A stretch of 62,107 bases of DNA from an uncultured Ktedonobacteraceae bacterium (GCA_964248005.1 CAXTWV010000003.1:1-62107), one strand, 5' to 3'; positions 27,903 to 36,814 are shown, counted from the stretch's first letter. The notes: generated by a model not told the origin, from the letters alone. Numbers and translations: made by a program.

Positions 27903-28430
27903 TTATGCTCCTTCTGCGTTATCGATAGTCATGAGATGCTGTCCATACTCTACGGCTTGTCCCTCCTGCACAAGGATATCTACCACACGTCCAGCCTTTG
28001 ATGTTTCAACCTCGTTCATCACATTAAGCGATTGAATTGTTCCAACAAGCTGTCCGGCTTTGACCATATCGCCAACGGCAACGAGTGTACCGCCTTTTGG
28101 TTTTGCCCACGTATGGAATATACCGACGAGCGGTGCGACAACACGATGCGTTGTCTCAACAGATGGAATCGTTTCAGTAGTCTTAGCAGGCGTGGAAAGA
28201 GGAAGCATCATCTGTTGCGTCTGCATGTCAATGCTCTCAGGAGCCTTCGCTTTACGCAGAACTAACCGTGTTCCCGCTTTGATACGTTTCAATTCGATCT
28301 CTGAAACATCACTCTGATCGAGCAATTGCACCAAATGTTGCAATTGCTCAATGCTCATCGTCTCATGGGAGACATACTCGTCATCCGAGTTCAATTCTTG
28401 TTCATCGGAATCGTGCCGATTTCCATTCAT
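27903..28430 (-). CDS. biotin carboxyl carrier protein (AccB)-like protein lacking the biotinyl-lysine motif
   Basis: ORF 27903-28439 (GTG). The ATG at 28430 has GGAG upstream. BCCP architecture: N-terminal MSIEQLQHLVQLLDQSDVSEIELK and C-terminal biotinyl-domain fold (VVAPLVGIFH..VGDMVKAGQLVGTI). The EAMK hairpin reads QSLN (IQSLNVMNEVE). Confidence 0.8.
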   Translation of the reverse strand: MNGNRHDSDEQELNSDDEYVSHETMSIEQLQHLVQLLDQSDVSEIELKRIKAGTRLVLRKAKAPESIDMQTQQMMLPLSTPAKTTETIPSVETTHRVVAPLVGIFHTWAKPKGGTLVAVGDMVKAGQLVGTIQSLNVMNEVETSKAGRVVDILVQEGQAVEYGQHLMTIDNAEGA

Positions 28431-28477
28431 AGAACACACTCCGCGTTATTTATTTCGTCAAAGTCGATAACATTTGC

Positions 28478-29035
28478 TCAGGCTCGCTCAACATAGGCAC
28501 CACTCGTGGTGTTGACACGGATAAGATCACCGTTCGCAACAAACAATGGCACTTGCACCACAAAGCCTGTCTCGGTCGTTGCAGGTTTTGTACCACCCGT
28601 TGCGGTATCACCCTTGTAGCCCGGCTCAGTATAAGTCACACGCAACACAACTTTTTCTGGTGGTTCGACTGAGAGTGGCTCTTCCTCAAAACGTACAAGA
28701 TCGAGTTCGATATCATCGATGAGATAGTTTTTGGTATCGCCAAGTTGTGCTGAGGTAAGTACAACATCGTCATAACTACTCGTATCCATAAAATGATATT
28801 GATCGCCATCCTGATATTGATAGGTAACGGTTGTGCGATCCAGGTAGACACGCTTGAACTTATCGCCCGCATCACAGGTGCGGTCAATCGTCGAACCTGT
28901 ACGGAGGTTGCGCAGTTTTAACCGTACAATCGCACCACCACGCCCCATTTTTATATGCGACCAGTCAAGAATACTACACAACTGGTTTTCAAATTCGATA
29001 GTTACGCCCTTTTTCAGGTCGCCCGTGGAAATCAT
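28478..29035 (-). CDS. efp: translation elongation factor P
   Basis: 185 aa. SD AAGGAG. KKGVTIEFENQLCSILDWSHIKMGRGGAIVRLKLRNLRTG aligns with the EF-P domain I loop. The loop tip residue is Arg. Confidence 0.95.
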   Translation of the reverse strand: MISTGDLKKGVTIEFENQLCSILDWSHIKMGRGGAIVRLKLRNLRTGSTIDRTCDAGDKFKRVYLDRTTVTYQYQDGDQYHFMDTSSYDDVVLTSAQLGDTKNYLIDDIELDLVRFEEEPLSVEPPEKVVLRVTYTEPGYKGDTATGGTKPATTETGFVVQVPLFVANGDLIRVNTTSGAYVERA

Positions 29036-29092
29036 AAAAACTCCTTAACACGCCTAAGCGGAAATTCCTCCTGACATGCTTTCTCTGTTATT

Positions 29093-30196
29093 CTAACGCT
29101 GTATGACTAAATCGGTTGGTGATTGTGTCAACACTTCGACACCATCAGCTTTGAGCAGAACACAATCTTCTACACGCACGCCGCTCCATCCCGGAATATA
29201 TACACCCGGCTCAACGGTCACAACAGCTCCAACGGGAAGCATCACATCTTCTGATGCGCGTGCTGAGAGATTCGGACCTTCATGTATTTGTAAACCGACT
29301 CCATGACCAGTACTATGTACATAATATTCGTCCAAGTTCACCATCTCTAGCGCGTTACGTGCCAACGCATCAGCGGCCTTACCAGAGATGCTTGCACGTA
29401 AGCCAGCCTCACAGGTTTTCATAGCATTTAATACGGCATCATACACTTCGCGCATACGTGGTTCTGCTGGCTCACCGAGACAAATGGTACGCGTCATGTC
29501 GGCGCAGTAGCCTTTGTATCGTGCTCCCATATCAATGGTAATCAGCTCACCACGCTGAATATGTCGCTGTCCAGGATGTGCGTGTGGCATTGACCCGTTT
29601 GGACCGGAAGCAACGATTGACTCGAACGCGACACCATCGGCTCCCAATTCTACCATCTTACGGGTAATTTCCATCTGCACCTCTTTCTCTGTCATTCCTG
29701 GTTGAATCCATTGACAGAGATGTGCGAATGTTTCATCGGTGATAGCGATAGCATGTTTGAGCAGTGCAATTTCTTCTGGCAGCTTGACCTGGCGCATCAT
29801 TCCGACAATATCTTCATCAAACGGTAAAAACTCGTATGCACCATTACCAGCAGCATGAAATTTCGCGTATTCTCCATACAGCAAAGCCATCGACTCAAAG
29901 CCAATTTTCTTCCAACCATGCTTTTGCGCGAGTGTAGCAAAAGCAGGTGCATATTCGCGGCCTTCGGGAACGATCACTTCCCACCCTGCAGCTCCACTCG
30001 TAGCAGCTTCTTTATAAATGCCATTCGTCAAGAGGAGTTGTTGTTCTTGACTGACGAGTAACATCCCCGCCCCTTCTACATCATCATTGAGCCACCCACT
30101 CAAGTAGGAGCGGTCTTGTGGCTGTGTGATAAGAAAGGCATCTATACCTTGCTTTTGTATCCATACACGAAGTTGTGTAATGCTCTCCTGGCTCAT
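29093..30196 (-). CDS. pepP: Xaa-Pro aminopeptidase/dipeptidase (M24B)
   Basis: Creatinase-like N-domain plus pita-bread domain. HSTGHGVGLQIHEGP, and VEPGVYIPGWSGVRVED. Confidence 0.85.
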   Translation of the reverse strand: MSQESITQLRVWIQKQGIDAFLITQPQDRSYLSGWLNDDVEGAGMLLVSQEQQLLLTNGIYKEAATSGAAGWEVIVPEGREYAPAFATLAQKHGWKKIGFESMALLYGEYAKFHAAGNGAYEFLPFDEDIVGMMRQVKLPEEIALLKHAIAITDETFAHLCQWIQPGMTEKEVQMEITRKMVELGADGVAFESIVASGPNGSMPHAHPGQRHIQRGELITIDMGARYKGYCADMTRTICLGEPAEPRMREVYDAVLNAMKTCEAGLRASISGKAADALARNALEMVNLDEYYVHSTGHGVGLQIHEGPNLSARASEDVMLPVGAVVTVEPGVYIPGWSGVRVEDCVLLKADGVEVLTQSPTDLVIQR

Positions 30197-30218
30197 AACA
30201 TTCCTCTTTACTCTATTA

Positions 30219-30668
30219 TTATTGCTCGCGTATTAGTGCTACCAGCGCTTCTAAGGCAAACAGATAGCCACGCCACCCTAATCCTACAATATGCCCTTTA
30301 CAAATCGCAGCCATCACAGAATGATGACGAAAGGCTTCACGCGCGTAAATATTACTGAGATGTACCTCTATCGTAGTAGCTCTCACTGCCGCAAGTGCAT
30401 CACGCACCGCAAGTGAATAATGAGTGAATGCTCCTGGGTTGATAATGATTCCATCAATCGTTTCGGCGTGCTCCTGAATACAATCGATAAGTGCGCCTTC
30501 ATGATTCGATTGGAAGCACGTGATTGCTGCATTCAGTTCTTTGCCGCGTGCCTCTAACATGTCCTGTATTTGCGGAAGTGTCACGGTCCCATACACGTCT
30601 GGTTCGCGTGTTCCCAATGTATTCAGATTTGGTCCATTCAGGACAAGCACACGAAGCATTTCTGTCAT
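30219..30668 (-). CDS. aroQ: type II 3-dehydroquinate dehydratase
   Basis: VLVLNGPNLNTLGTREPDVYG, FQSNHEGALID, INPGAFTHYS. Confidence 0.9.
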   Translation of the reverse strand: MTEMLRVLVLNGPNLNTLGTREPDVYGTVTLPQIQDMLEARGKELNAAITCFQSNHEGALIDCIQEHAETIDGIIINPGAFTHYSLAVRDALAAVRATTIEVHLSNIYAREAFRHHSVMAAICKGHIVGLGWRGYLFALEALVALIREQ

Positions 30669-30670
30669 GA

Positions 30671-32344
30671 TTATGCTCTCTTCTCTTCAAAAAACGTTGT
30701 GATGACACGCTGCACCAACGCTTCTGGCATGGTTGTAACAGTGACCTCTCCAATATGAAGTGGCATAATCCAACGCACCTGCTTCCCAGAAACTTTCTTA
30801 TCCAACTGCATAGCCTTGAGAATATCTTCAGCACGTATTGTACCTGCATAGTGCGTTGGTAAGCCGAGTGCGGCAAGAAGGCTGTTTTGGCGAACCATAT
30901 CTTCGCGAGAAAACATATCAGCCTCGTGTGCAAGCGATGCTGCAGCAACCATACCTAACGAAACTGCTTCACCATGCAACCATTCACCATAGCCTGCAAC
31001 ATTTTCGAGTGCGTGCGCTACCGTATGACCATAGTTGAGAATGGCTCGCCGCCCTTGCTCACGCTCATCCTCCTCTATAATCATGACTTTCAGATCGATG
31101 CAACGCGCGATTATTTGACAAAGAAGTGCTATTGGAGGGTGTGCAAACGTTCGTAGTGACTCGGCATATATCTCAAGTTGAGCAAACAGTTCAGCGTCGA
31201 GTATGATACCATATTTTACGACTTCTGCCCATCCCTCCGTGCGTTCACGAGTGGGGAGGGTGAGTAATAAAGCAGGGTCAACGAGAACAAGCTGTGGATG
31301 ATAAAATGCACCGATCAGATTTTTCCCACGTGGATGATTGATACCTGTTTTGCCACCAATAGCAGCATCGACCTGAGCCAGCAATGAAGTGGGAATTTGT
31401 ATCAATGGCACGCCGCGTAGATAGGTTGCCGCAACATAGCCAACGAGATCACCAATAACACCACCACCGAGCGCAATAATTGCTTCTTGCCGCTCTGCCC
31501 GTTGCTCTAGTAGCCAGTCATAGATAGCATTCAGTTGCTCTTGCGATTTACTTTTCTCGCCCGCCGGAATAATGTAAAGCTGGGGATCAAAGCCTGCTTC
31601 AGTAAGATTTTGGATAATGGTTGCACTATAGAGTTGCGCAATGTTACTGTCAGTGAAAAGGAAGACACGCGAGGGAAGGGAACGTTGTGTGAGGTATTGC
31701 CCTAGCCGTCCTATCCCGCCCCAATCGACAACAACATCATAGCCGTTGCCAATGTGGACGTGTCGCACAATTGGCGCAACACCATCACCATCAAGTACGT
31801 GAGCATGTGTAAGCATTGCTATAACCTCCTGTGCGACCTGTTCTCCGGTTTTCTCACCTGTGTTACACACAAATTCCGCTTCTTCATAGAACAATAGGCG
31901 GGTAGCAACGAGTGCCTGGAGTGCTGTGAGAGGGTCTGGACCTGTGAGTAGAGGACGTGTCTCCGGTGCTGTGCCCTGCGCAAGAGCGAAGGCATGTTGT
32001 GCATGAAGACGTGCCAAGGCAACACTCGGCTCAGTCTGTAACCAAATGCGTATACCATGCTCTGCCATCAGCACACGATTCTCTTTACACACTACCGCAC
32101 CACCACCAGTTGCAATCACAGCTCCATTCTTGTAAGTATGAATGATGTCGGCAAGCACACGGCTTTCACAAGCACGAAAATATGCTTCACCATGTTGTGC
32201 AAAAATACTGGGAATACGCTCTCCACATGCAGTCTCTATCAGCGTATCACTATCGAGAAAGGGTACGCCCAATCGTTGCGCGAGAAGACCCCCTACAGTG
32301 CTTTTGCCGCTCCCTGAAAGCCCAACTAAAAATATATGTCGCAT
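30671..32344 (-). CDS. bifunctional shikimate kinase / 3-dehydroquinate synthase
   Basis: ORF 30671-32425. I favour the Met at 32344 (MRHIFLVGLSGSGKSTVG, a P-loop at the extreme N-terminus as in AroK). DHQS part: GGGVIGDLVGYVAATYLRGVPLIQIPTSLLAQVDAAIGGKTGIN, HGEAVSLGM. Starts at 32374 or 32425 are possible; 32425 would overlap the upstream gene by 17 nt. Confidence 0.85.
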   Translation of the reverse strand: MRHIFLVGLSGSGKSTVGGLLAQRLGVPFLDSDTLIETACGERIPSIFAQHGEAYFRACESRVLADIIHTYKNGAVIATGGGAVVCKENRVLMAEHGIRIWLQTEPSVALARLHAQHAFALAQGTAPETRPLLTGPDPLTALQALVATRLLFYEEAEFVCNTGEKTGEQVAQEVIAMLTHAHVLDGDGVAPIVRHVHIGNGYDVVVDWGGIGRLGQYLTQRSLPSRVFLFTDSNIAQLYSATIIQNLTEAGFDPQLYIIPAGEKSKSQEQLNAIYDWLLEQRAERQEAIIALGGGVIGDLVGYVAATYLRGVPLIQIPTSLLAQVDAAIGGKTGINHPRGKNLIGAFYHPQLVLVDPALLLTLPTRERTEGWAEVVKYGIILDAELFAQLEIYAESLRTFAHPPIALLCQIIARCIDLKVMIIEEDEREQGRRAILNYGHTVAHALENVAGYGEWLHGEAVSLGMVAAASLAHEADMFSREDMVRQNSLLAALGLPTHYAGTIRAEDILKAMQLDKKVSGKQVRWIMPLHIGEVTVTTMPEALVQRVITTFFEEKRA

Positions 32345-32408
32345 ATACGCTATTGTATCACGCGCTTCAACCATGAACAGAAAAGGCTGCAAGGGTGCAG
32401 GGCTGTTC

Positions 32409-35030
32409 TCAATACAATTCTTCATCGCGAATGTTCGTTACAAGTGTCGTAAGCAGGCTAAACGTGGTTGTATTCACTTGATTGAGACGTATATCACTGG
32501 CTGCACCCTGTCTAATAAAGGCTTGCGAGCGATTGTCATAGACTTGGAACTTGCGCCCAAAGGAGAAGACATATTGCTCAATTTTTCCTGTCTGGCGATT
32601 CAGGACGAGAATGTCGTCACCAGTAGAGCAGTTTCCATTGAGAAGGCAACGCTCACGATCAAGGAAGGCACCTACGAGAATTTGCCATTGTTGCCCCCAA
32701 CTTTGTACAGTTGTCTGTTGTGCAATCGCTAATGATTTGTCGAAGGCGAAGAAAGTGCTCTGACCACCTTGTAGGTCGTAGAGCATAACACTCGCATTAG
32801 ACATGCCGAAGTGACCAACATAGGGAACCATGCCTGTGCCTAGATTTGAATAAGGTACTTGTTCAGCAAGGGTAAGATCAGAAGCAAAAGCAAGCATCTG
32901 TCCATCACCAGAGCCGGGGTCATACATAAACAATTGAGCACGACCAGCACCCATGAAGTCGCCACTATACACGACCCAATTACCATCAAGATTATGCGAT
33001 TCCTGATAATGATTGATGAGCAAGTTCGTATCAAAATCCATGATGCGTCCCTCGCCGACGATCCGATCATAGAGGAAGATGCCATCTTGATTGGTGTTGA
33101 CGAAGCGGCCTACATACACCTCCCAATTGGCGTGCCAGAGCGTATAGGACTGTTGTACATGCACACTAAAATCTTTGTTGAAGTCAAGCACTAGAATATT
33201 CGCGGTACGTCCCGCCTTCTCCCAATCTGCTGGCGCACTACCGCTCAAATCACGTCCGCTCGTTGTTGGAGTCGGTGATGGCATTGTACTAGCATAGACA
33301 AGTTCAGCATTAGGATCATGCGTTCCTGTTGGACTCGGTTTGGCCGTGGGTGTTCCTGTTTTCTTTGGCTTCGGCGTTGGAGTAACGGTCACGCTTGGTT
33401 TTGAAGTTGCCGTCGGACTCGGTTTGACTGTGGGTGTAACGGTCAAGTTCGGTTTTACCGTCGGTGTGACCGTAGGACTCGCTTTAGGAGTGACAGTCGG
33501 ACTTGTTTTTACCGTCGGTGTCACTGTTGGACTCGCTTTAGGCGTTGCCGTCGGACTCGGTTTGACCGTCGGTGTCACTGTTGGACTTGCTTTAGGCGTT
33601 GCAGTCGGACTCGGTGTCACTGTCGGACTCGATTTGGGTGTTGCTGTTGGACTCGGTTTTACCGTCGGGCTTGGCTTTGGCTTTGCCGTTGGACTCGGCG
33701 TTGGTTTTGGCTTTGCTGTCGGACTTGGCTGTACGGTCGGGCTTAGTCCATCTGATGTAGATGTTGGCGTATCTGTAGCAATTGGTTGAGATCCGTCAGG
33801 AGTATCTGTTGGAGTGGCATATGCATCGGGTTGAGCATAACGCTTGTACATGAATAAGCCGCTTCTTTGCCCGTCAAATCGTCCTACATAGAGTTCCCAA
33901 TCGGGTCCCCAATTCGGCAAAATAACATGCTTCTTAATAGTAAGTTGAGGCGTCAAGCTAAGAATCTGGATTGTACCTGCTGCACGGTCATACAGAAGAA
34001 TTTCAGAGTGTCCAGAGCCGTCAAAGTCCCCGATATGTACGTCAAGCGATGAACCCCATTTATCGACAGCGGTTGTGGCATCACTCAGGCTCACAATTCG
34101 CGTATCGCTAGCATTTGTTGCTTGCCTATCGGTCGCACGTGAGACATATGGTGATTGTCCGTGACTGAGTTTAAGAACATTCAGGCGCCCTTGCTGACGA
34201 CTATAGAGGAGAAGATCGCTGTAGCCGCTACCCGTAAAGTCTGCATTAAATTCCTGGTCAGAAGAAACAGCCTGTGAGCCGAGCGTGATACGATTGCCTG
34301 TCAGCGTGGAAGCTGAACGGGTAAATGATCTATTCGCCCCCAAAACCATCTGTGGAGCATCCGTCCCAATACCGGGGAGTTGCTGAAAACGCTGCGGATC
34401 AATCATTTTCGGGAAGTAAATAAAACGCATTTGACCATTCTGGAAACGTGCTTGATTGATCATAGGTGTACTGTACGCTGTTCCCACATACATCGGCGTA
34501 GGGTCGCCATAGTTTTGATAGGTGACGTTGAAGGTTAAACCATCATCATTCACCGAAGTGACAAAAGCCACATGTCCAGGCGTGCCATACGCCCACACAC
34601 CATCGGCACGGGGGAAGACAGCGATGGCTCCAACACGAGGCGTTGTACCAATTGGGAGTCCTGTGCGTTCGGCATCGACAATCCAATCAGCAGCATTACC
34701 CCAATTCAGAGGTAAATCGTAACCAAGCAGATGCCATTGCTCCCATGCCCACCAGACGCAATTGCCGCCTGTGGGAAAGGGACCAGGACACAGAGGAAAT
34801 GGATTGCCATCAGACGAAAACCCTACATTTTTACATGTATCATCCACCGTTGGACTGGTATGACTTTGCGCGTCCACCTGTGGAACTAGCGAAATGAACT
34901 CGACACATACCAGTGAGAGTAGAAGACATACACCGAATAAGTGTATGATGTACCGTCTGTTTATAGGGCGTAAATTTTTTAGAAATACACGTTTGGCACG
35001 CTCATGACGCAAAATGGTCGAAGGAGGCAT
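32409..35030 (-). CDS. secreted/anchored CHAP-domain peptidoglycan hydrolase with seven FG-GAP/VCBS-like repeats and a Pro/Thr-rich repeat linker
   Basis: N-terminal anchor IIHLFGVCLLLSLVCVEFISLV. CHAP: GGNCVWWAWEQW (Cys), then GTPGHVAFVTSV (His). Repeats such as GDFDGSGHSEILLYDR, GRFVNTNQDGIFLYDR and GDFMGAGRAQLFMYD. About 170 aa of SPTATPKASPTVTPTVKP-type repeats. Confidence 0.75.
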   Translation of the reverse strand: MPPSTILRHERAKRVFLKNLRPINRRYIIHLFGVCLLLSLVCVEFISLVPQVDAQSHTSPTVDDTCKNVGFSSDGNPFPLCPGPFPTGGNCVWWAWEQWHLLGYDLPLNWGNAADWIVDAERTGLPIGTTPRVGAIAVFPRADGVWAYGTPGHVAFVTSVNDDGLTFNVTYQNYGDPTPMYVGTAYSTPMINQARFQNGQMRFIYFPKMIDPQRFQQLPGIGTDAPQMVLGANRSFTRSASTLTGNRITLGSQAVSSDQEFNADFTGSGYSDLLLYSRQQGRLNVLKLSHGQSPYVSRATDRQATNASDTRIVSLSDATTAVDKWGSSLDVHIGDFDGSGHSEILLYDRAAGTIQILSLTPQLTIKKHVILPNWGPDWELYVGRFDGQRSGLFMYKRYAQPDAYATPTDTPDGSQPIATDTPTSTSDGLSPTVQPSPTAKPKPTPSPTAKPKPSPTVKPSPTATPKSSPTVTPSPTATPKASPTVTPTVKPSPTATPKASPTVTPTVKTSPTVTPKASPTVTPTVKPNLTVTPTVKPSPTATSKPSVTVTPTPKPKKTGTPTAKPSPTGTHDPNAELVYASTMPSPTPTTSGRDLSGSAPADWEKAGRTANILVLDFNKDFSVHVQQSYTLWHANWEVYVGRFVNTNQDGIFLYDRIVGEGRIMDFDTNLLINHYQESHNLDGNWVVYSGDFMGAGRAQLFMYDPGSGDGQMLAFASDLTLAEQVPYSNLGTGMVPYVGHFGMSNASVMLYDLQGGQSTFFAFDKSLAIAQQTTVQSWGQQWQILVGAFLDRERCLLNGNCSTGDDILVLNRQTGKIEQYVFSFGRKFQVYDNRSQAFIRQGAASDIRLNQVNTTTFSLLTTLVTNIRDEELY
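33330..33800. repeat. in-frame tandem DNA repeats (about 54-bp unit and shorter sub-repeats) encoding the Pro/Thr/Lys linker
   Basis: Units 33511-33564 and 33565-33618 (ACCGTCGGTGTCACTGTTGGACT.GCTTTAGGCGTTGC.GTCGGACTCGG...) differ at only about 4-5 positions. Flanking copies are more diverged. Confidence 0.8.
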
Positions 35031-35261
35031 AAGGACCGCACCTTCCTAAAAAATAGTTCTGTTTTTATAGGTATGTATGTATGCAAGTTCCCATATATAA
35101 AAATAATCGGCATAATGTTCGGTAAGATGACACCGAACGTTTGTTTCCCAACACATGTCAGAGTATAACATCAATATTTGGTCAGACTCAAGAGAATAGA
35201 GAGGAATTTTGAGAGAATTTACAAAAAATTAACATGTCCCACAACTCACCAAAAAAGAGAC

Positions 35262-35290
35262 TTGACAACAGGTAGAGGCAATGGTATCAT
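35262..35290 (+). promoter_or_regulatory. sigma-70-like promoter for tRNA-Val
   Basis: TTGACA (35262-35267), 17 nt, then TATCAT (35285-35290), about 18 nt upstream of the mature tRNA 5' end. Confidence 0.45.
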
Positions 35291-35307
35291 TAGCCTTGTT
35301 CAAACAG

Positions 35308-35381
<74 letters not shown>

Positions 35382-35387
35382 CTTCCA

Positions 35388-35415
35388 AGCGGCTTCTGGC
35401 GAAGCTGCTTTTTTG
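35388..35415 (+). terminator. rho-independent terminator after tRNA-Val
   Basis: AGCGGCTTC tggc GAAGCTGCT (9 bp, one G-T pair) followed by TTTTT. Confidence 0.6.
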
Positions 35416-35476
35416 ATTACGCCTTAACCTTAAAAGAAGTATGATTTCATAACTGAGGTAAGGAATACAGAAATTC

Positions 35477-36814
35477 ATGCAACAAGTCATCACGGCGAAA
35501 CTGAAACTTGTAACAACGCCCGAACAGCACCATTCACTGCGTCAAACTCAACTTGCGTACCGTGACTCTCTTAATTATGTGAGTCGGTATGCATTTGAGC
35601 AAGGCAAAATCTCAAACGAGAAGAGGTTGCATCAAGGAACGTACTACGACATACGCGCACTTTTTAAATTGCCGTCAGAGATGACCAATAATGCTATACG
35701 CCAAGTAGGTGCAACTTACAAAGGATTATGGACAAAGGCAAAGAAAAATGCTGAGCAACTCCGCAAAAAAACTACTAAGAAACGCTACAAAGGGTTAGAT
35801 AAACCACCAAAATATGTGTCTCCAACTATCATGTATAACTATGGATACGACTATGGTTTCAAGTCGCAGCAACAAGTAAGTATTAGAACTCTCGAAAAAC
35901 GCATTCTCATATCCTATCAGGGCTATGAGAAACATCTCGCGCTTATTCAACACGGAGCACCTGTCAAGGCTGGGAGATTATGGTACGATCATCGACAGAA
36001 GCAGTTTTACCTATTAGTTTCACTCGAACTTACTGTCGCTGACCCTACTTCCGATATTTTGCAAACGGTTGTAGGTGTGGATGTAGGGCAACGTTATCTC
36101 GCAACTACGGCTACTTTATCCGCACAACAACAATTCTTCTCAGGGAAAGCTGTGCGTGCAAAAGCCGACCATTATACACGCAAACAAAAACAACTTCAGC
36201 GCAAAGGCACTCGTTCTGCTATACGACGACTTCGGTTGATAAGCGGACGAGAGAGACGGTTCAAGCTGAATACGAATCACATCATCGCAAGAACCATTAT
36301 TAGAAAACAACCTCATGCATTAATTGGCGTGGAAGACCTGACAGGCATAAGAGAACGCATGAAACTACGGAAACATAGACGGAAAGGGAAAAAGAATTTT
36401 CCACTTACATCTAAACAACGCCGTGCTCACCGTCATGCATCTAAATGGGCATTCGCTGAACTACATCATATACTTGCCTATAAATCTGTGCTTACAGGGT
36501 CTCTAACCATCAAAGTAGATGCAGATTATACAAGTAAAGCTTGTCCAATGTGTGGATATACAGATGCAAAGAACCGTCCTAATAAAGGATTGTTGTTTGT
36601 ATGTCAGAAATGCCACTACACATTGCACAGTGATCTAGTTGGCGCACGGAATATTGCGATGCGAACGTTTCTCACTCGACATGATTGGGTGAGAACAGGT
36701 GTTTTGTCAGTCCGCCTCGATGTATCGGACAGTGAAGCCAAAGCAGAGCGTCTGAAAAGGTACTCTGAATTGCGGTGGAGTCCAGATACAAGCTCATTGC
36801 CTTCAGGTGATTGA
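35477..36814 (+). CDS. tnpB: TnpB (OrfB_IS605 plus OrfB Zn-ribbon), RNA-guided nuclease family
   Basis: 445 aa. N-terminus VITAKLKLVTTPEQHHSLRQTQLAYRDSLNYV. RuvC-I VVGVDVGQRYLATT (D), RuvC-II ALIGVEDLTGIRE (E), Zn ribbon CPMCGY..CQKCH, RuvC-III HSDLVGARNIA (D). No frameshifts or internal stops. Confidence 0.9.
   Translation: MQQVITAKLKLVTTPEQHHSLRQTQLAYRDSLNYVSRYAFEQGKISNEKRLHQGTYYDIRALFKLPSEMTNNAIRQVGATYKGLWTKAKKNAEQLRKKTTKKRYKGLDKPPKYVSPTIMYNYGYDYGFKSQQQVSIRTLEKRILISYQGYEKHLALIQHGAPVKAGRLWYDHRQKQFYLLVSLELTVADPTSDILQTVVGVDVGQRYLATTATLSAQQQFFSGKAVRAKADHYTRKQKQLQRKGTRSAIRRLRLISGRERRFKLNTNHIIARTIIRKQPHALIGVEDLTGIRERMKLRKHRRKGKKNFPLTSKQRRAHRHASKWAFAELHHILAYKSVLTGSLTIKVDADYTSKACPMCGYTDAKNRPNKGLLFVCQKCHYTLHSDLVGARNIAMRTFLTRHDWVRTGVLSVRLDVSDSEAKAERLKRYSELRWSPDTSSLPSGD

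Noticed and set aside
33340-33789. 149-aa + strand ORF rich in Gly/Val (MAVGVPVFFGFGVGV...)
   Set aside because: It is the antisense reading of the Pro/Thr repeat linker of the CHAP protein. Its low-complexity mirror composition explains the open frame.
33330-33800. Possible CRISPR-like repeat array
   Set aside because: The repeats are contiguous, with no unique spacers. They are in frame and translate to a PT-rich linker inside a long ORF. No cas genes are present anywhere in the window.
35413-35417. TTGAT as the definite TAM/target of the TnpB element
   Set aside because: It is a 5-mer embedded in a terminator T-run and is expected often by chance. The TAM of this particular TnpB is unknown, so it is kept only as a hypothesis in the finding.
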